A stretch of 42,447 bases of DNA from Dehalococcoidales bacterium (lineage in GTDB: Bacteria > Chloroflexota > Dehalococcoidia > Dehalococcoidales > UBA3254): positions 1-42,447 of the forward strand of contig DATIKD010000070.1 in NCBI GenBank assembly GCA_035477965.1, read 5' to 3'. The position numbers were made by a program, and so were the translations under genes. Under the pieces are notes generated by a model that did not search any database, was not told the origin of the DNA, and worked only from the letters and a program-made list of their open reading frames with translations. Shown here in pieces: positions 10,359-19,425 of this stretch (its first letter is position 1; the number at the start of each line of letters is the position of its first letter).

Positions 10359-10394
10359 GGGGCAACCTGCCGGTAGTTTATTTCAGGTTGCCCC
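10359..10394 (-). promoter_or_regulatory. Intercistronic stem-loop between the binding-protein gene and the permease genes
   Basis: A perfect 10-bp stem joins GGGGCAACCT (10359-10368) and AGGTTGCCCC (10385-10394) inside the 225-nt gap. No U-tract follows, so it is more likely an mRNA-stabilising or attenuating hairpin than a full terminator. Confidence 0.4.
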
Positions 10395-10452
10395 GCGTCT
10401 TCAGAGTTGTATTTTGCCAGAAAACCGGACTGGCTTTCTTTCGTTTAAAGTG

Positions 10453-12201
10453 CTATCTCTTCAACCAGATGTCAGCTGACTCATACCAGCCGCTGGTGCT
10501 GTTGGAATGGAACCAGAAGTTGTTAACCTGCCCTGCTCTGGAAACAAAGAGAGAATTGGTGCCGGCCAGCGGAATGCCGATGCTCTCATCATAAATTATT
10601 TTGACAAGTTCTTTGAGCTGGGCGATGCGCCGGGTCTCATCCGGCTGTGAATAAAGCTGGTCCCATTTGGCCTGCCATCCGGGCGGACGGTAAAAACTGG
10701 TAAAGTTATCTTTATCACCCCAGCGGGCGACGTAGTTTACCAGATTGACCGGTTGTGGGAAACCGGTATAAAGAATACCTTCCCACCCCTCTCTTTGCAG
10801 AGTGGTGATGCGCGGGACGGTGGCGATGTCAACTTCAGCCTCGATGCCCACATCTTTGAGATAGGTTACCAGGGTGGTTAAAATATCCCGGCGGGCCCTG
10901 GTATCGGTTAGTAACTTGGTTTTAAAGCCTCTGGGATAACCGGCGGCAGTCAGCAGTTGTCTCGCTCTGGCCGGGTCGTAGGTACGGGCAGCCAGGTTGG
11001 GATCATACCATGAGTTCTGAATTGTAGCCATCTGGTAGGTAGTGGTGTATAACCCCATGCCGATGCCTTCGGAAATGCCTTTTCGGTCTATGGCATATTC
11101 CAGGGCTTCACGCACCCTTTTATCCGCAAAGGGTGACTTCGGGTTATTGCCGTCAGGCATAATCATATGCACCCAGTCAAGACCCTGCGGACCTGATTCA
11201 AAATTCTCCTTTCTTAACTGCAGTACATCCACCGGCTCGATCGGTTGGGCGCGGTGAATCTCTCCGGCTTTGAAAGCCATCAGCATAGCAGTAGGATCGG
11301 TGATGCAGCGATAGGTGATGGAATCCAGGTAGGGTTTACCTGGTTGCCAGTAGCCGGCGAATTTAACTCCTTTTACAAAATCATCCCGCTTCCAGCTATC
11401 GAATCTGAATGGACCGGTACCTACGGCCCGCTCTTCAGGGGTCTTCTTGGTTTGCATAGCGGTAGGCGAGGACATCTGGCCGATTACAGTCTGGGCCAGG
11501 CGCAGCAACAGGGTGTAATCAAACTCAGTCAAATTCAAGCGTATGGTATGGGAATCAATTATGTCATAGGAAGAGATTTTTCTGAGTACGGCGGAGCCGG
11601 CCAGATTGGCGGCCAGTGTCTGCTCCAGATTATATTTGACCGCTTCGGCGTTGAAATCAGTTCCATCATGGAACTTGACTCCCTTGCGCAGTTTAAAGGT
11701 GATGGTTTTTCTGAAAAGGTCGGTTTCCCAGGATTCAGCCAGCCAGGGGAACAACTTTTCATTTTCATCCGTTCTGATGAGAGGTTCAAAAATAGGATAG
11801 GTGATAGACGGAGAGTTGGCATCGATATGGCTTCCCATATTGGTGATACCCAGGGTGGAGGCCCAGATAAAATGGCCTCCCAATTGCTGGGGTGCCGAGA
11901 CTCTCCATGCACCCGCGGGCAGGGCCGACTGTACAGTCGGAGAAGCGGCCGGAGTAGTAGGTGAGGCGGGAGTAGCGGGGGTTGTTCTGGGAGTTGTGGG
12001 AGTTGTGGCAGCCGGAGTTGTAGCTGCAGGAGTGGTTGCAGCCGGAGTAGTGGCAGCCGGAACAGCAGGCGTTGTGGCCGGAGTGGTTACGGTAACAGGA
12101 GCAGTTGGAGTTGCAGGGGTGGCAGTGGGAGTGGCCTGACAGGCCGGAAGTACCAGAGTCAGTATCAACAGGAATGCCAATGGAATGAAATACTTTTTCA
12201 T
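10453..12201 (-). CDS. ABC transporter substrate-binding lipoprotein, family 5 (peptide/nickel/opine type) with a long Pro/Thr/Ala linker
   Basis: The track ORF starts at a GTG (12207). The ATG at 12201 has GGAGG 5 nt upstream, so I prefer it. It has a signal peptide and lipobox (LVLPAC), a ~70-aa TPATP-rich linker, then an SBP_bac_5-like body. Confidence 0.9.
   Translation of the reverse strand: MKKYFIPLAFLLILTLVLPACQATPTATPATPTAPVTVTTPATTPAVPAATTPAATTPAATTPAATTPTTPRTTPATPASPTTPAASPTVQSALPAGAWRVSAPQQLGGHFIWASTLGITNMGSHIDANSPSITYPIFEPLIRTDENEKLFPWLAESWETDLFRKTITFKLRKGVKFHDGTDFNAEAVKYNLEQTLAANLAGSAVLRKISSYDIIDSHTIRLNLTEFDYTLLLRLAQTVIGQMSSPTAMQTKKTPEERAVGTGPFRFDSWKRDDFVKGVKFAGYWQPGKPYLDSITYRCITDPTAMLMAFKAGEIHRAQPIEPVDVLQLRKENFESGPQGLDWVHMIMPDGNNPKSPFADKRVREALEYAIDRKGISEGIGMGLYTTTYQMATIQNSWYDPNLAARTYDPARARQLLTAAGYPRGFKTKLLTDTRARRDILTTLVTYLKDVGIEAEVDIATVPRITTLQREGWEGILYTGFPQPVNLVNYVARWGDKDNFTSFYRPPGWQAKWDQLYSQPDETRRIAQLKELVKIIYDESIGIPLAGTNSLFVSRAGQVNNFWFHSNSTSGWYESADIWLKR
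11999..12058 (-). repeat. Four tandem 15-nt repeats encoding (AATTP)n within the lipoprotein linker
   Basis: The units are ggagttgtggcagcc / ggagttgtagctgca / ggagtggttgcagcc / ggagtagtggcagcc on the plus strand. They are in frame and give TPAATTPAATTPAATTP. Confidence 0.85.
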
Positions 12202-12224
12202 GCTCACCTCCTCAATATTTGTAA

Positions 12225-12242
12225 AATTCGATTTTTCGAATT
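12225..12242. promoter_or_regulatory. Perfect 7-4-7 palindrome AATTCGA-TTTT-TCGAATT, candidate operator upstream of the ABC operon
   Basis: Read directly from the sequence. It lies 24-41 nt upstream of the preferred ATG of the binding-protein gene. Confidence 0.4.
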
Positions 12243-12789
12243 CCTACTTGTCCTGACGGAAAAAATTATCAAGTTATAGAAGGTGCTCGGGCAAGGGCTT
12301 TATTAACCTGGGTTGAAAATGTGTCTCCCAGTTCTCCACAAAAATGAGCCGGCGCCCTTTGATTACCTGTATTTTCAATATGTAAATGCGTTTGGGACCG
12401 ATTCCATTCGTACATTTTGGTGGTAATGGGCCGGTTTATCCCGGTATCCGTCCTCTTTTATAAGATTTACTGGTATCCGTTAAATTAGCAACTATAGTTG
12501 CAATTATACCGATGTCACTAATATACGCTTGTCGCTATTGTTTGTCAATAGTGCAAACAGGACAAAGTTTATATTGTTTTCCGGGCGGTATTCTTCAAGA
12601 CGGTAAATAGCCTGGTTTATGGCTCATTATGAAAAAGGGTTTTAGTTCCCATGGGAAAAAATGCCGGCAGAATGGCAGTGAAAGTATCACATTTCGTAAG
12701 TTTATTGTGACCCTTCAGTAATTATTGTGAGGTTTTTGTGATGACCGGATGATAGGCTAAATCCAGCCGCAGTATTTGAGAGAAAAAAT

Positions 12790-13722
12790 GTGAACAACCA
12801 GGTTTACCGGTTCCGGCTGGGATCTTTGGTTTGCACTGTCATCAGTGACGGCAGGTATGTTTACGCTCCCCCGGTTTACCCTCCTCCGGCGGATTTTATA
12901 TTTTCGGATGCTCGCCGCGAACAGATCGAAGATGCTTTTCGAAAACGCATTTTAAAACTGGAAGAGAGATATTTCTGGAACAGCGCCTGCAACTGTCTGC
13001 TGGTGGATTCCGGAGGCCAGTTACTCCTAATAGATTCCGGGGGCGGCAGTTTTGGACATGAAACCGGAAAATTGTATAAGAATCTGCTGGCAGCCGGGGC
13101 CTGTCCGGATACCATAAACTGGGTAGTTTTAACTCACGGCCATCCTGATCACATCGGGGGTGCCGCCAGTACTGAAGGCCGGGCCATGTTTCCCCAGGCT
13201 CATTACATTATGTCTAAAGATGAATGGGACTTCTGGCGTTCCGGGCGGGCCGAGGGCGTTATACGCGAATTCAATAAAGATATGCTCCTGAAAACGGAAT
13301 ATGGAAAGCTGCCGGCTATTCAGCATCAGTTAATTCTGATTGAAGGAGAAACGGAAATAATCCCGGGAGTCTTTGTCCTTCCCATTCCCGGCCATACCTC
13401 AGGACAAATCGGGGTGTGGTTGGCCTCTCAAGATAAACGTCTTTTGTATCTTTCGGATTCATTCTTTCACCCCGTTCAAATTCAATGCCCCGAGTGGAGT
13501 GGTATAGCTGACCTGGATTCAGACCAGACCATTGTCACTCGGTACTGCCTGCTGCGCCAGGCGGTCAGTGAACATGCCATGGTGATGGGCTTTCATTTCC
13601 CTTTTCCAGGTTTGGGTTGGGTAGTTCGCTATAAAAACCGTTTTATCTGGCTGGAACACAAGATTACAGAAGAAAACCCGATGCCTGAGCATGTTCCGGC
13701 CTGGGAAAAGAACCCAGTATAA
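12790..13722 (+). CDS. MBL-fold metallo-hydrolase (lactonase-like)
   Basis: 310 aa with a GTG start. It has the HxHxDH motif LTHGHPDHIGG, with downstream His and Asp residues (PIPGHTSG). Confidence 0.85.
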   Translation: MNNQVYRFRLGSLVCTVISDGRYVYAPPVYPPPADFIFSDARREQIEDAFRKRILKLEERYFWNSACNCLLVDSGGQLLLIDSGGGSFGHETGKLYKNLLAAGACPDTINWVVLTHGHPDHIGGAASTEGRAMFPQAHYIMSKDEWDFWRSGRAEGVIREFNKDMLLKTEYGKLPAIQHQLILIEGETEIIPGVFVLPIPGHTSGQIGVWLASQDKRLLYLSDSFFHPVQIQCPEWSGIADLDSDQTIVTRYCLLRQAVSEHAMVMGFHFPFPGLGWVVRYKNRFIWLEHKITEENPMPEHVPAWEKNPV

Positions 13723-13734
13723 GGACCGTGATCA

Positions 13735-14280
13735 ATACAAGCTGAAGCGCAAGCGAAACACCTGATTCGCCTTGCTTGTCATGCCGGATGCGGGGCGGAT
13801 TCGTCTGCGGTCATGGCTGTTTAGGGGCCCCTCCCCGCCGGATTCTTCGCCCCGATCAGGTATAAAGGCATGCTCGGGGCTCAAGAATGACGACGTGGGG
13901 ATGGATTCTCCTTTTTCGTTGTCATGTTTGAGCGCCACGAAGGACCTGGTGGTCCCTTTCGGTTGTCATCCTGGAAGCCTCGAATGGCGAGGCTGAAGGA
14001 TCTGGACGAGGGGTGGTAAGCGGTTCGATTCCTGCGTTCGTGTCAAATTAGCCCCAGTTATTGAGTCCCCCTCCCATCCAGATTCTTCGCCCCGCTCAGG
14101 CATGAAGACGTTCTCGGGGCTCCAGAATGACAGGTTTGGGATAGGATTCCCTCCGTCGTTGTCATCCTGGAAGCCTCGAATAGCGAGGCTGAAGGATCCG
14201 GACGAGGGGCGGTAAGTGGTTTGTCATGTTGGAGGCCTCGAATGGCGAGGCCGAAACATCTGGAGGAGGGTGGTCAGACT
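13735..14280 (+). repeat. Composite cluster of hairpin repeats: two B-type and three A-type units plus degenerate units
   Basis: A-type two-tier hairpins lie at 13968-14001, 14164-14197 and 14226-14259, with consensus gtcATCCTggaaGCCTCGaatggCGAGGCtgaAGGATc. B-type hairpins lie at about 13843-13890 and 14081-14128 (ATTCTTcGCCCCGa...TCGGGGCtcAAGAAT). The same A unit recurs at 19787, 27729-27962, 39274 and, degenerate, at 37283-37360. Confidence 0.9.
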
Positions 14281-14409
14281 TTGGGGCAAATCATCAGATT
14301 GGCTGGGCCTTATAAATGGATCTGGGTTCCCCCGGTATCCAGACAGGCGATTTCAAATTGGACTGCACAGGTTTTCCTGCCGGTAAAACCAGTCTAAACC
14401 GGGGATCGA

Positions 14410-16074
14410 TTAACTTGTGCCATTTCGCCACATCTGACCCAGTTTGACAAATTCCGAATAGGAATCGATCTGTTTTTGCCGTTCGGAAGAATCCCATTTT
14501 AGATAACCGGCCATCTCGGCAGCAACTGTGTCCACGGCCGCCTGTCCCTGATCAGCGGCAAAACCCATCAGGCTGCGGCGCAACATAAAATCGGCAATGG
14601 TCACTGCTGACTCATTCTCCACAGCCCATTTTATCTGAGCCAGAATATCCCGTCTTCCCGTGCAAACCGGCTGCTTAATACGCGGTTCAAGTTGAGTGGC
14701 ATCCAGTACGCGGGTGAATTGTGAACCATAAATGGATGCCAGATGATGGATGGTGTCAACCGGCAGCCCATAAACTGCGGCCGCGCTTTCTTTTTCACTC
14801 AGGCTGACCGCCGGGGCTCCAGGCAAGAGGGCAGAGTCTGTAATACATCTGGCAGAGACTTCCAGTTGACGGCAAACGCGGTCAACTGCCTCTTCGGCTA
14901 TTCCGCGATGGGCGGTTATTTTTCCACCCAGAACGGTAATCAACCCCGGAAATCCGCTGCTGGCATGGTCCAGGATGCGGTGAGCCCGTGAGGTGGCTGA
15001 GGCGGAAATGTTCTCACGGCCGACTAGCGGCCGTAAACCGGCCTGGGTATATAATATCCGGCTGTGGTCGAAGCCGGGAAAGTAACGAGCGGTCTCTTTC
15101 ACCAGGTAATCCACATCCTGGGCAGTGGCATAGACCCGGTCTGCATCGCCGGCATAATCCGTATCGGTAGTGCCGATGAGAGAGAAATCCTCCCATGGAA
15201 TGACAAAGAAAAGCCGGCCGTCGCTTTTGGCAAACAAGACCAGCGCTTTTTCGGAGAGCTTTGGGGTAACCAGATGGATGCCTTTGGTTTTACGCAGACC
15301 ATGGTGAGTTTTGACCTGGAATTGTTTCCAAACAAGATCGGCCCAGTGTCCGGTGGCGTTGATCACCCTGCGGCCGCGGGCGGAATATCTTGCTCCGGTT
15401 AACATATCCTGAATCTCGATACCCATCACACCTGAGGGTGACTTTGTTATGCCGGTGGCTGAAGCGTAATTTAAAATGCAAGCCCCTTTTTGGGCGGCTT
15501 CCAGCAAATTTTCCAGGCATAACCGTTCCATTAATCCGGCTTCGCAATCGGTGTATCCGTATGCTCCACTCAAGTTTTTAATCCCACGCAGGGCTGGTTC
15601 AAGTTCAAGGGCTGCGGCTGCCGCGAATTTTTTCCAGCGCGGTGCTTGCTGGTCGATCGCCAGCAGATCATACAACCAGAGTCCGAACGGCAGGCTAATC
15701 CGATAAAAAGTCTCCGTGCGCGGCAGAGGGATTATAAAAGGCAGGCGGCGTACCAGATGAGGCGCAATTCTCAGCAGGATTTCCCGTTCTTTGAGATCAT
15801 ATCGGACCAGCCGCCACTGCAATGAGCGCAGATAGCGCAAGCCGCCGTGGATCAGGCGGGAGGAGCGCGAGGTAGTACCGCAGGCAAAATCTTCTTTTTC
15901 GACCAGTAAAGTACTTAAGCCGCGCAAAGCTGCATCACGGGCTATCCCGCTGCCGATTATTCCCCCGCCGACGATAATCAGATCAAAAAGTTCGTTTTGA
16001 AGTCTTTCCGGTTGGCGTTTCATAGCGTTTGTGAGCGGTATCCTATCTCTCTTCCTCGGCCCAGCCCGCGGCAT
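14410..16074 (-). CDS. glpD: FAD-dependent glycerol-3-phosphate dehydrogenase
   Basis: 554 aa. It has the dinucleotide fold DLIIVGGGIIGSGIARDAALRG and the motif RLIHGGLRYL. The alternative ATG at 16023 would remove the 32-nt overlap with glpK. Confidence 0.88.
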   Translation of the reverse strand: MPRAGPRKRDRIPLTNAMKRQPERLQNELFDLIIVGGGIIGSGIARDAALRGLSTLLVEKEDFACGTTSRSSRLIHGGLRYLRSLQWRLVRYDLKEREILLRIAPHLVRRLPFIIPLPRTETFYRISLPFGLWLYDLLAIDQQAPRWKKFAAAAALELEPALRGIKNLSGAYGYTDCEAGLMERLCLENLLEAAQKGACILNYASATGITKSPSGVMGIEIQDMLTGARYSARGRRVINATGHWADLVWKQFQVKTHHGLRKTKGIHLVTPKLSEKALVLFAKSDGRLFFVIPWEDFSLIGTTDTDYAGDADRVYATAQDVDYLVKETARYFPGFDHSRILYTQAGLRPLVGRENISASATSRAHRILDHASSGFPGLITVLGGKITAHRGIAEEAVDRVCRQLEVSARCITDSALLPGAPAVSLSEKESAAAVYGLPVDTIHHLASIYGSQFTRVLDATQLEPRIKQPVCTGRRDILAQIKWAVENESAVTIADFMLRRSLMGFAADQGQAAVDTVAAEMAGYLKWDSSERQKQIDSYSEFVKLGQMWRNGTS

Positions 16075-17548
16075 GCCTGACGGCTTTTTGCCAGCGCCTA
16101 TATAGGTACTGACGCTGGTCAGCGGTCATGCCAGGCTCAAAAGTTTCAGAAGCCTGCCACAACCGGCCTAATTCCGATTTATCTGTCCAGAAACCACCGG
16201 CCAGCCCTGCCAGGTGCCCGGCTCCCATGGCAGTTGACTCATTAACCGCTGCAACCTGAATGGGTATGTTCAGAATATCGGACTGAAACTGCATCAGGAA
16301 GCGATTAGCCGAACCACCGCCGTCGACCCTCAGTTGGCGTATGGACTGTCCGGTTTCAGCTTGAAAAGCTTCGGCTACGTCCCGCACCTGGTAGGCGATT
16401 GATTCAAGAGTGGCTCTCACAATATGCTGGCGGGTGGTGCCGCGGGTCAGTCCCAAAACTGTGCCGCGGGCATACATGTCCCAGTGAGGAGCTCCCAATC
16501 CGGCAAAAGCGGGCACAAAATAGACCCCTCCGGTATCCGGCACTGCCCTGGCCAGGGTTTCGCTTTCGGCTGCATTGGAGATTATTTTCAGTCCGTCGCG
16601 CAGCCACTGGACCGCCGCGCCGGTCACAAATATACTGCCCTCCAGGGCATAATAAATCTTATCCTGGAGCCCCCAGGCGATGGTAGTGACCAGTCCTTTC
16701 TCAGACTTGATGGCCTTTAGACCGGTGTTAAAAAGCAGAAAAGACCCCGTACCATAAGTATTTTTGGCATCTCCGGTCTCATAGCAGGCCTGGCCGAAGA
16801 GGGCCGCCTGCTGATCGCCGATGACTGATCCGATGGGTATCCCTTTTTCTCCCAGCCAGCCGGGCCGGGTATTTCCGTAGATGCAACCTGAGGGGCAGAC
16901 AGCGGGAAGTAAGCGGGCCGGGATATTCAGGATTTCCAGGAGTTCCGGGTCCCACTGGAGGGTGTGGATATTGAATAACATGGTACGGCAGGCATTGGAA
17001 AAATCAGTTATGTGCAAACCGCCCGTTAATTTCCAGACCAGCCAGCTATCCACCGTCCCAAAAAGCAGTTCCCCGTTTTCCGCCCGTTTTTGTCCGTCCG
17101 GAATATTGTCCAGAATCCAGCGCAGTTTGGTGGCGGAAAAATAGGCATCAATCAATAGCCCGGTTTTATCTTTAACCAGTTCCTTCAGGCCTCGCTTTTT
17201 GAGTTCCTCGCAAAGCGGGGCAGTACGCCGGCATTGCCAGACCAGGGCATTGTAAACGGGCAGTCCGCTGCGGCGGTCCCAAACCAGGGTGGTTTCGCGC
17301 TGATTGGTTATGCCCAGGCCTTTAACCTGACTAAAATCGGCCTGCGCCAGATGCACAACCTTTCTGGCGGTGTTCAAAGCAGTATTAAAGATATCCAGAG
17401 GGTCCTGTTCGACCCAGCCGGGCTGAGGAAAAATTTGTTTAATTTCATCAGTAGTTTTGGCCGCAATCCTGCCGGCTTTATCAATCAATACCGAAGTACA
17501 ACCAGTGGTGCCTTCATCGATTGCCAGGATGTACTGTTTGTCAGACAT
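16043..17548 (-). CDS. glpK: Glycerol kinase
   Basis: 501 aa. It carries YILAIDEGTTGCTSVL...QPGWVEQDP and is FGGY-family throughout. Confidence 0.93.
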   Translation of the reverse strand: MSDKQYILAIDEGTTGCTSVLIDKAGRIAAKTTDEIKQIFPQPGWVEQDPLDIFNTALNTARKVVHLAQADFSQVKGLGITNQRETTLVWDRRSGLPVYNALVWQCRRTAPLCEELKKRGLKELVKDKTGLLIDAYFSATKLRWILDNIPDGQKRAENGELLFGTVDSWLVWKLTGGLHITDFSNACRTMLFNIHTLQWDPELLEILNIPARLLPAVCPSGCIYGNTRPGWLGEKGIPIGSVIGDQQAALFGQACYETGDAKNTYGTGSFLLFNTGLKAIKSEKGLVTTIAWGLQDKIYYALEGSIFVTGAAVQWLRDGLKIISNAAESETLARAVPDTGGVYFVPAFAGLGAPHWDMYARGTVLGLTRGTTRQHIVRATLESIAYQVRDVAEAFQAETGQSIRQLRVDGGGSANRFLMQFQSDILNIPIQVAAVNESTAMGAGHLAGLAGGFWTDKSELGRLWQASETFEPGMTADQRQYLYRRWQKAVRHAAGWAEEER

Positions 17549-17750
17549 AAAACCGCCTCAGGACAGGGCTTTTATCCGAGTATAACACAGGAATGAGCTT
17601 GAATGAAACACAGGGAAGCCGGTTTGTAGAATTATTCAAGATCAATAAACAGACAAAACAAGAAATCGACCAAACTATAATCTACCATCAAGTCGGCGCA
17701 GTTTCGCAATTTGGTTGTACCGGGCCAGGGGGCAGGATGATTGCCCGCCC

Positions 17751-17790
17751 AAAACCACAGAGGGAGACCTGCCGGCAGGTCTCCCTCTGT
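17751..17790 (-). terminator. Rho-independent terminator downstream of hcp
   Basis: A perfect 16-bp stem, ACAGAGGGAGACCTGC/GCAGGTCTCCCTCTGT, spans 17757-17790. On the minus strand it is followed by GGUUUUGG (plus-strand aaaacc at 17751-17756). Confidence 0.8.
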
Positions 17791-17806
17791 ACTTTAGTGC
17801 TTTGTA

Positions 17807-19372
17807 TTATTTTTTTAATATGGCGGCCAGGTCGGCCTCGGGAGTGGTAATCGGATGCAGTTCGAATTTTTCCACGATTGCTTTCAGTATATTGGGCGAA
17901 ATAAAAGCCGGCAGCGTGGGTCCCAGATAGATATTCCGAATGCCCAGAGAGAGCAGAGTCAAAAGTATTGCAACTGCCTTTTGTTCGTACCATGAGCAGA
18001 CAATGGTCAATGGCAAATCATTAACTCCCACTTTGAAAGCATCTGCCAGGGCCAGAGCGATTTTTACGGCTGAATAGGCATCATTGCATTGCCCGAGGTC
18101 CAGGATCCTGGGCAGACCGCCGATTTGTCCGATATCCAGATCGTTGAAGCGGTATTTACCGCAAGCCAGTGTCAGGACCACAGTATCCGGCGGGGTTTGT
18201 TTTACAAAATTGGTATAATAGTTGCGTCCGGTTTTGGCCCCGTCACAGCCGCCAACCAGGAAGAAATGCTTGATGGCGCCGGATTTTACCGCAGCGATAA
18301 CTTTATCAGCCACTCCCAGAACGGTGTTGCGGGCAAAGCCGGTCATGACGGAGTTACCACCGTTGATTCCGGTTAGCGCTTTTTCTTGTTTCCACCCTCC
18401 CAATTCCAGGGCTTTTTTGATAACCGGTGAAAAATCCTTTTTAGCGTTGACCTCCGTGATATGGGCTACGCCGGGATAACGGACCACTGAGGTGGTAAAA
18501 ACGCGGTCGGCATAAGATGTTCTGGGAGGCATCAGGCAGTTGGTGGTAAAGAGTATGGGGGCTGGAAGGTTTTCAAATTCCTTGACCTGGTTCTGCCAGG
18601 CGGTACCGAAATTGCCTTTCAGTTGCGGGTGTTTTTTCAATTCCGGATAAGCGTGGGCCGGTAACATTTCGCCATGGGTGTAAATATTGATTCCCTTACC
18701 GTCAGTCTGCTCCAGGAGTTGTTTTAAGTCGTGCAGGTCATGGCCGGTAATGACGATAAAGGGGCCTTTTTCAATGGTTAAAGGTACTTTGACCGGTACC
18801 GGATGACCATAGGCAGAGGTATTGGCTTCATCCAGGACGGCCATGCATTGCAGATTTATTCCGCCGAATTCCATCAGAAGACCCAACCACTCATCCACGC
18901 TGTGATCAGCGCCGACCGCGTCCAGACCTTTATATAACCAGTTGATGACGCTCCGGTCGGTTTTGCCCAGAATATAGGCGTGCCAGGCATAGGCTGCCAT
19001 ACCGCGCAAGCCCAGCAATAAAAGTGTTCGTAAAGAAACAATATCCGGATTTCCGCTGAACAATTGTGACGGATCGAATTTTGGCGCACCTCCCAGTTTA
19101 GCGGTTTCACTTTTCGCGTTCGTTATCATCGCCTCAATCGTTACCGGATCGAAACTGACGTTGGTAACGGTGGTGAACAGCCCCTGCATTACCAGTTCAT
19201 CGGTGTATTTAGAAGGTCGTTGTTTTTGTACCGCTCGGGAAAGTTCGATCAGGGCCGCGGTTAACCGGTCCTGTTCTACGGATACCTGCGGGTTTTTTCC
19301 GCAGACCCCGGTCTTGCTGCAGCCTTTACCCATGGCGGCCTGTTCACATTGAAAACAAAACATTTCTGACAT
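17807..19372 (-). CDS. hcp: Hybrid cluster protein (hydroxylamine reductase / NO-stress protein)
   Basis: 521 aa. The N-terminal Cys motif is MFCFQCEQAAMGKGCSKTGVCGK, and the prismane fold is visible throughout. Confidence 0.93.
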   Translation of the reverse strand: MSEMFCFQCEQAAMGKGCSKTGVCGKNPQVSVEQDRLTAALIELSRAVQKQRPSKYTDELVMQGLFTTVTNVSFDPVTIEAMITNAKSETAKLGGAPKFDPSQLFSGNPDIVSLRTLLLLGLRGMAAYAWHAYILGKTDRSVINWLYKGLDAVGADHSVDEWLGLLMEFGGINLQCMAVLDEANTSAYGHPVPVKVPLTIEKGPFIVITGHDLHDLKQLLEQTDGKGINIYTHGEMLPAHAYPELKKHPQLKGNFGTAWQNQVKEFENLPAPILFTTNCLMPPRTSYADRVFTTSVVRYPGVAHITEVNAKKDFSPVIKKALELGGWKQEKALTGINGGNSVMTGFARNTVLGVADKVIAAVKSGAIKHFFLVGGCDGAKTGRNYYTNFVKQTPPDTVVLTLACGKYRFNDLDIGQIGGLPRILDLGQCNDAYSAVKIALALADAFKVGVNDLPLTIVCSWYEQKAVAILLTLLSLGIRNIYLGPTLPAFISPNILKAIVEKFELHPITTPEADLAAILKK

Positions 19373-19425
19373 TTTCTACTCCTTACAGTATTATTTACCT
19401 TTATTCATGGTAAGTTATCGATCTG

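Noticed and set aside
11245-11964. 239-aa plus-strand ORF, with 11042-11257, 11606-11800 and 11801-12139
   Set aside because: They are antisense to the well-supported substrate-binding protein gene and have Gly/Arg-rich composition typical of shadow ORFs.
13732-13996. Track ORFs 13732-13938(-) and 13772-13996(+), and similarly 27637-28008(+), 27696-28079(-) and 27842-28024(-), as protein genes
   Set aside because: They lie entirely inside hairpin repeat clusters. They overlap one another on opposite strands, lack ribosome-binding sites, and encode repeat-derived low-complexity sequence.
13965-14005. Hammerhead or other small self-cleaving ribozyme within the hairpin repeat (CUGAAGGAUC / GAUGAC...CGAAA strings)
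   Set aside because: The conserved CUGAUGA and GAAA cores with the required three-helix junction are not present. The similarity is limited to a few bases.
14022-14032. GGTTCGATTCC, a tRNA T-loop-like motif suggesting a tRNA or att-site fragment
   Set aside because: The flanking bases do not form a T-stem, and no acceptor or anticodon arms can be drawn. It sits within the flank of a repeat unit.
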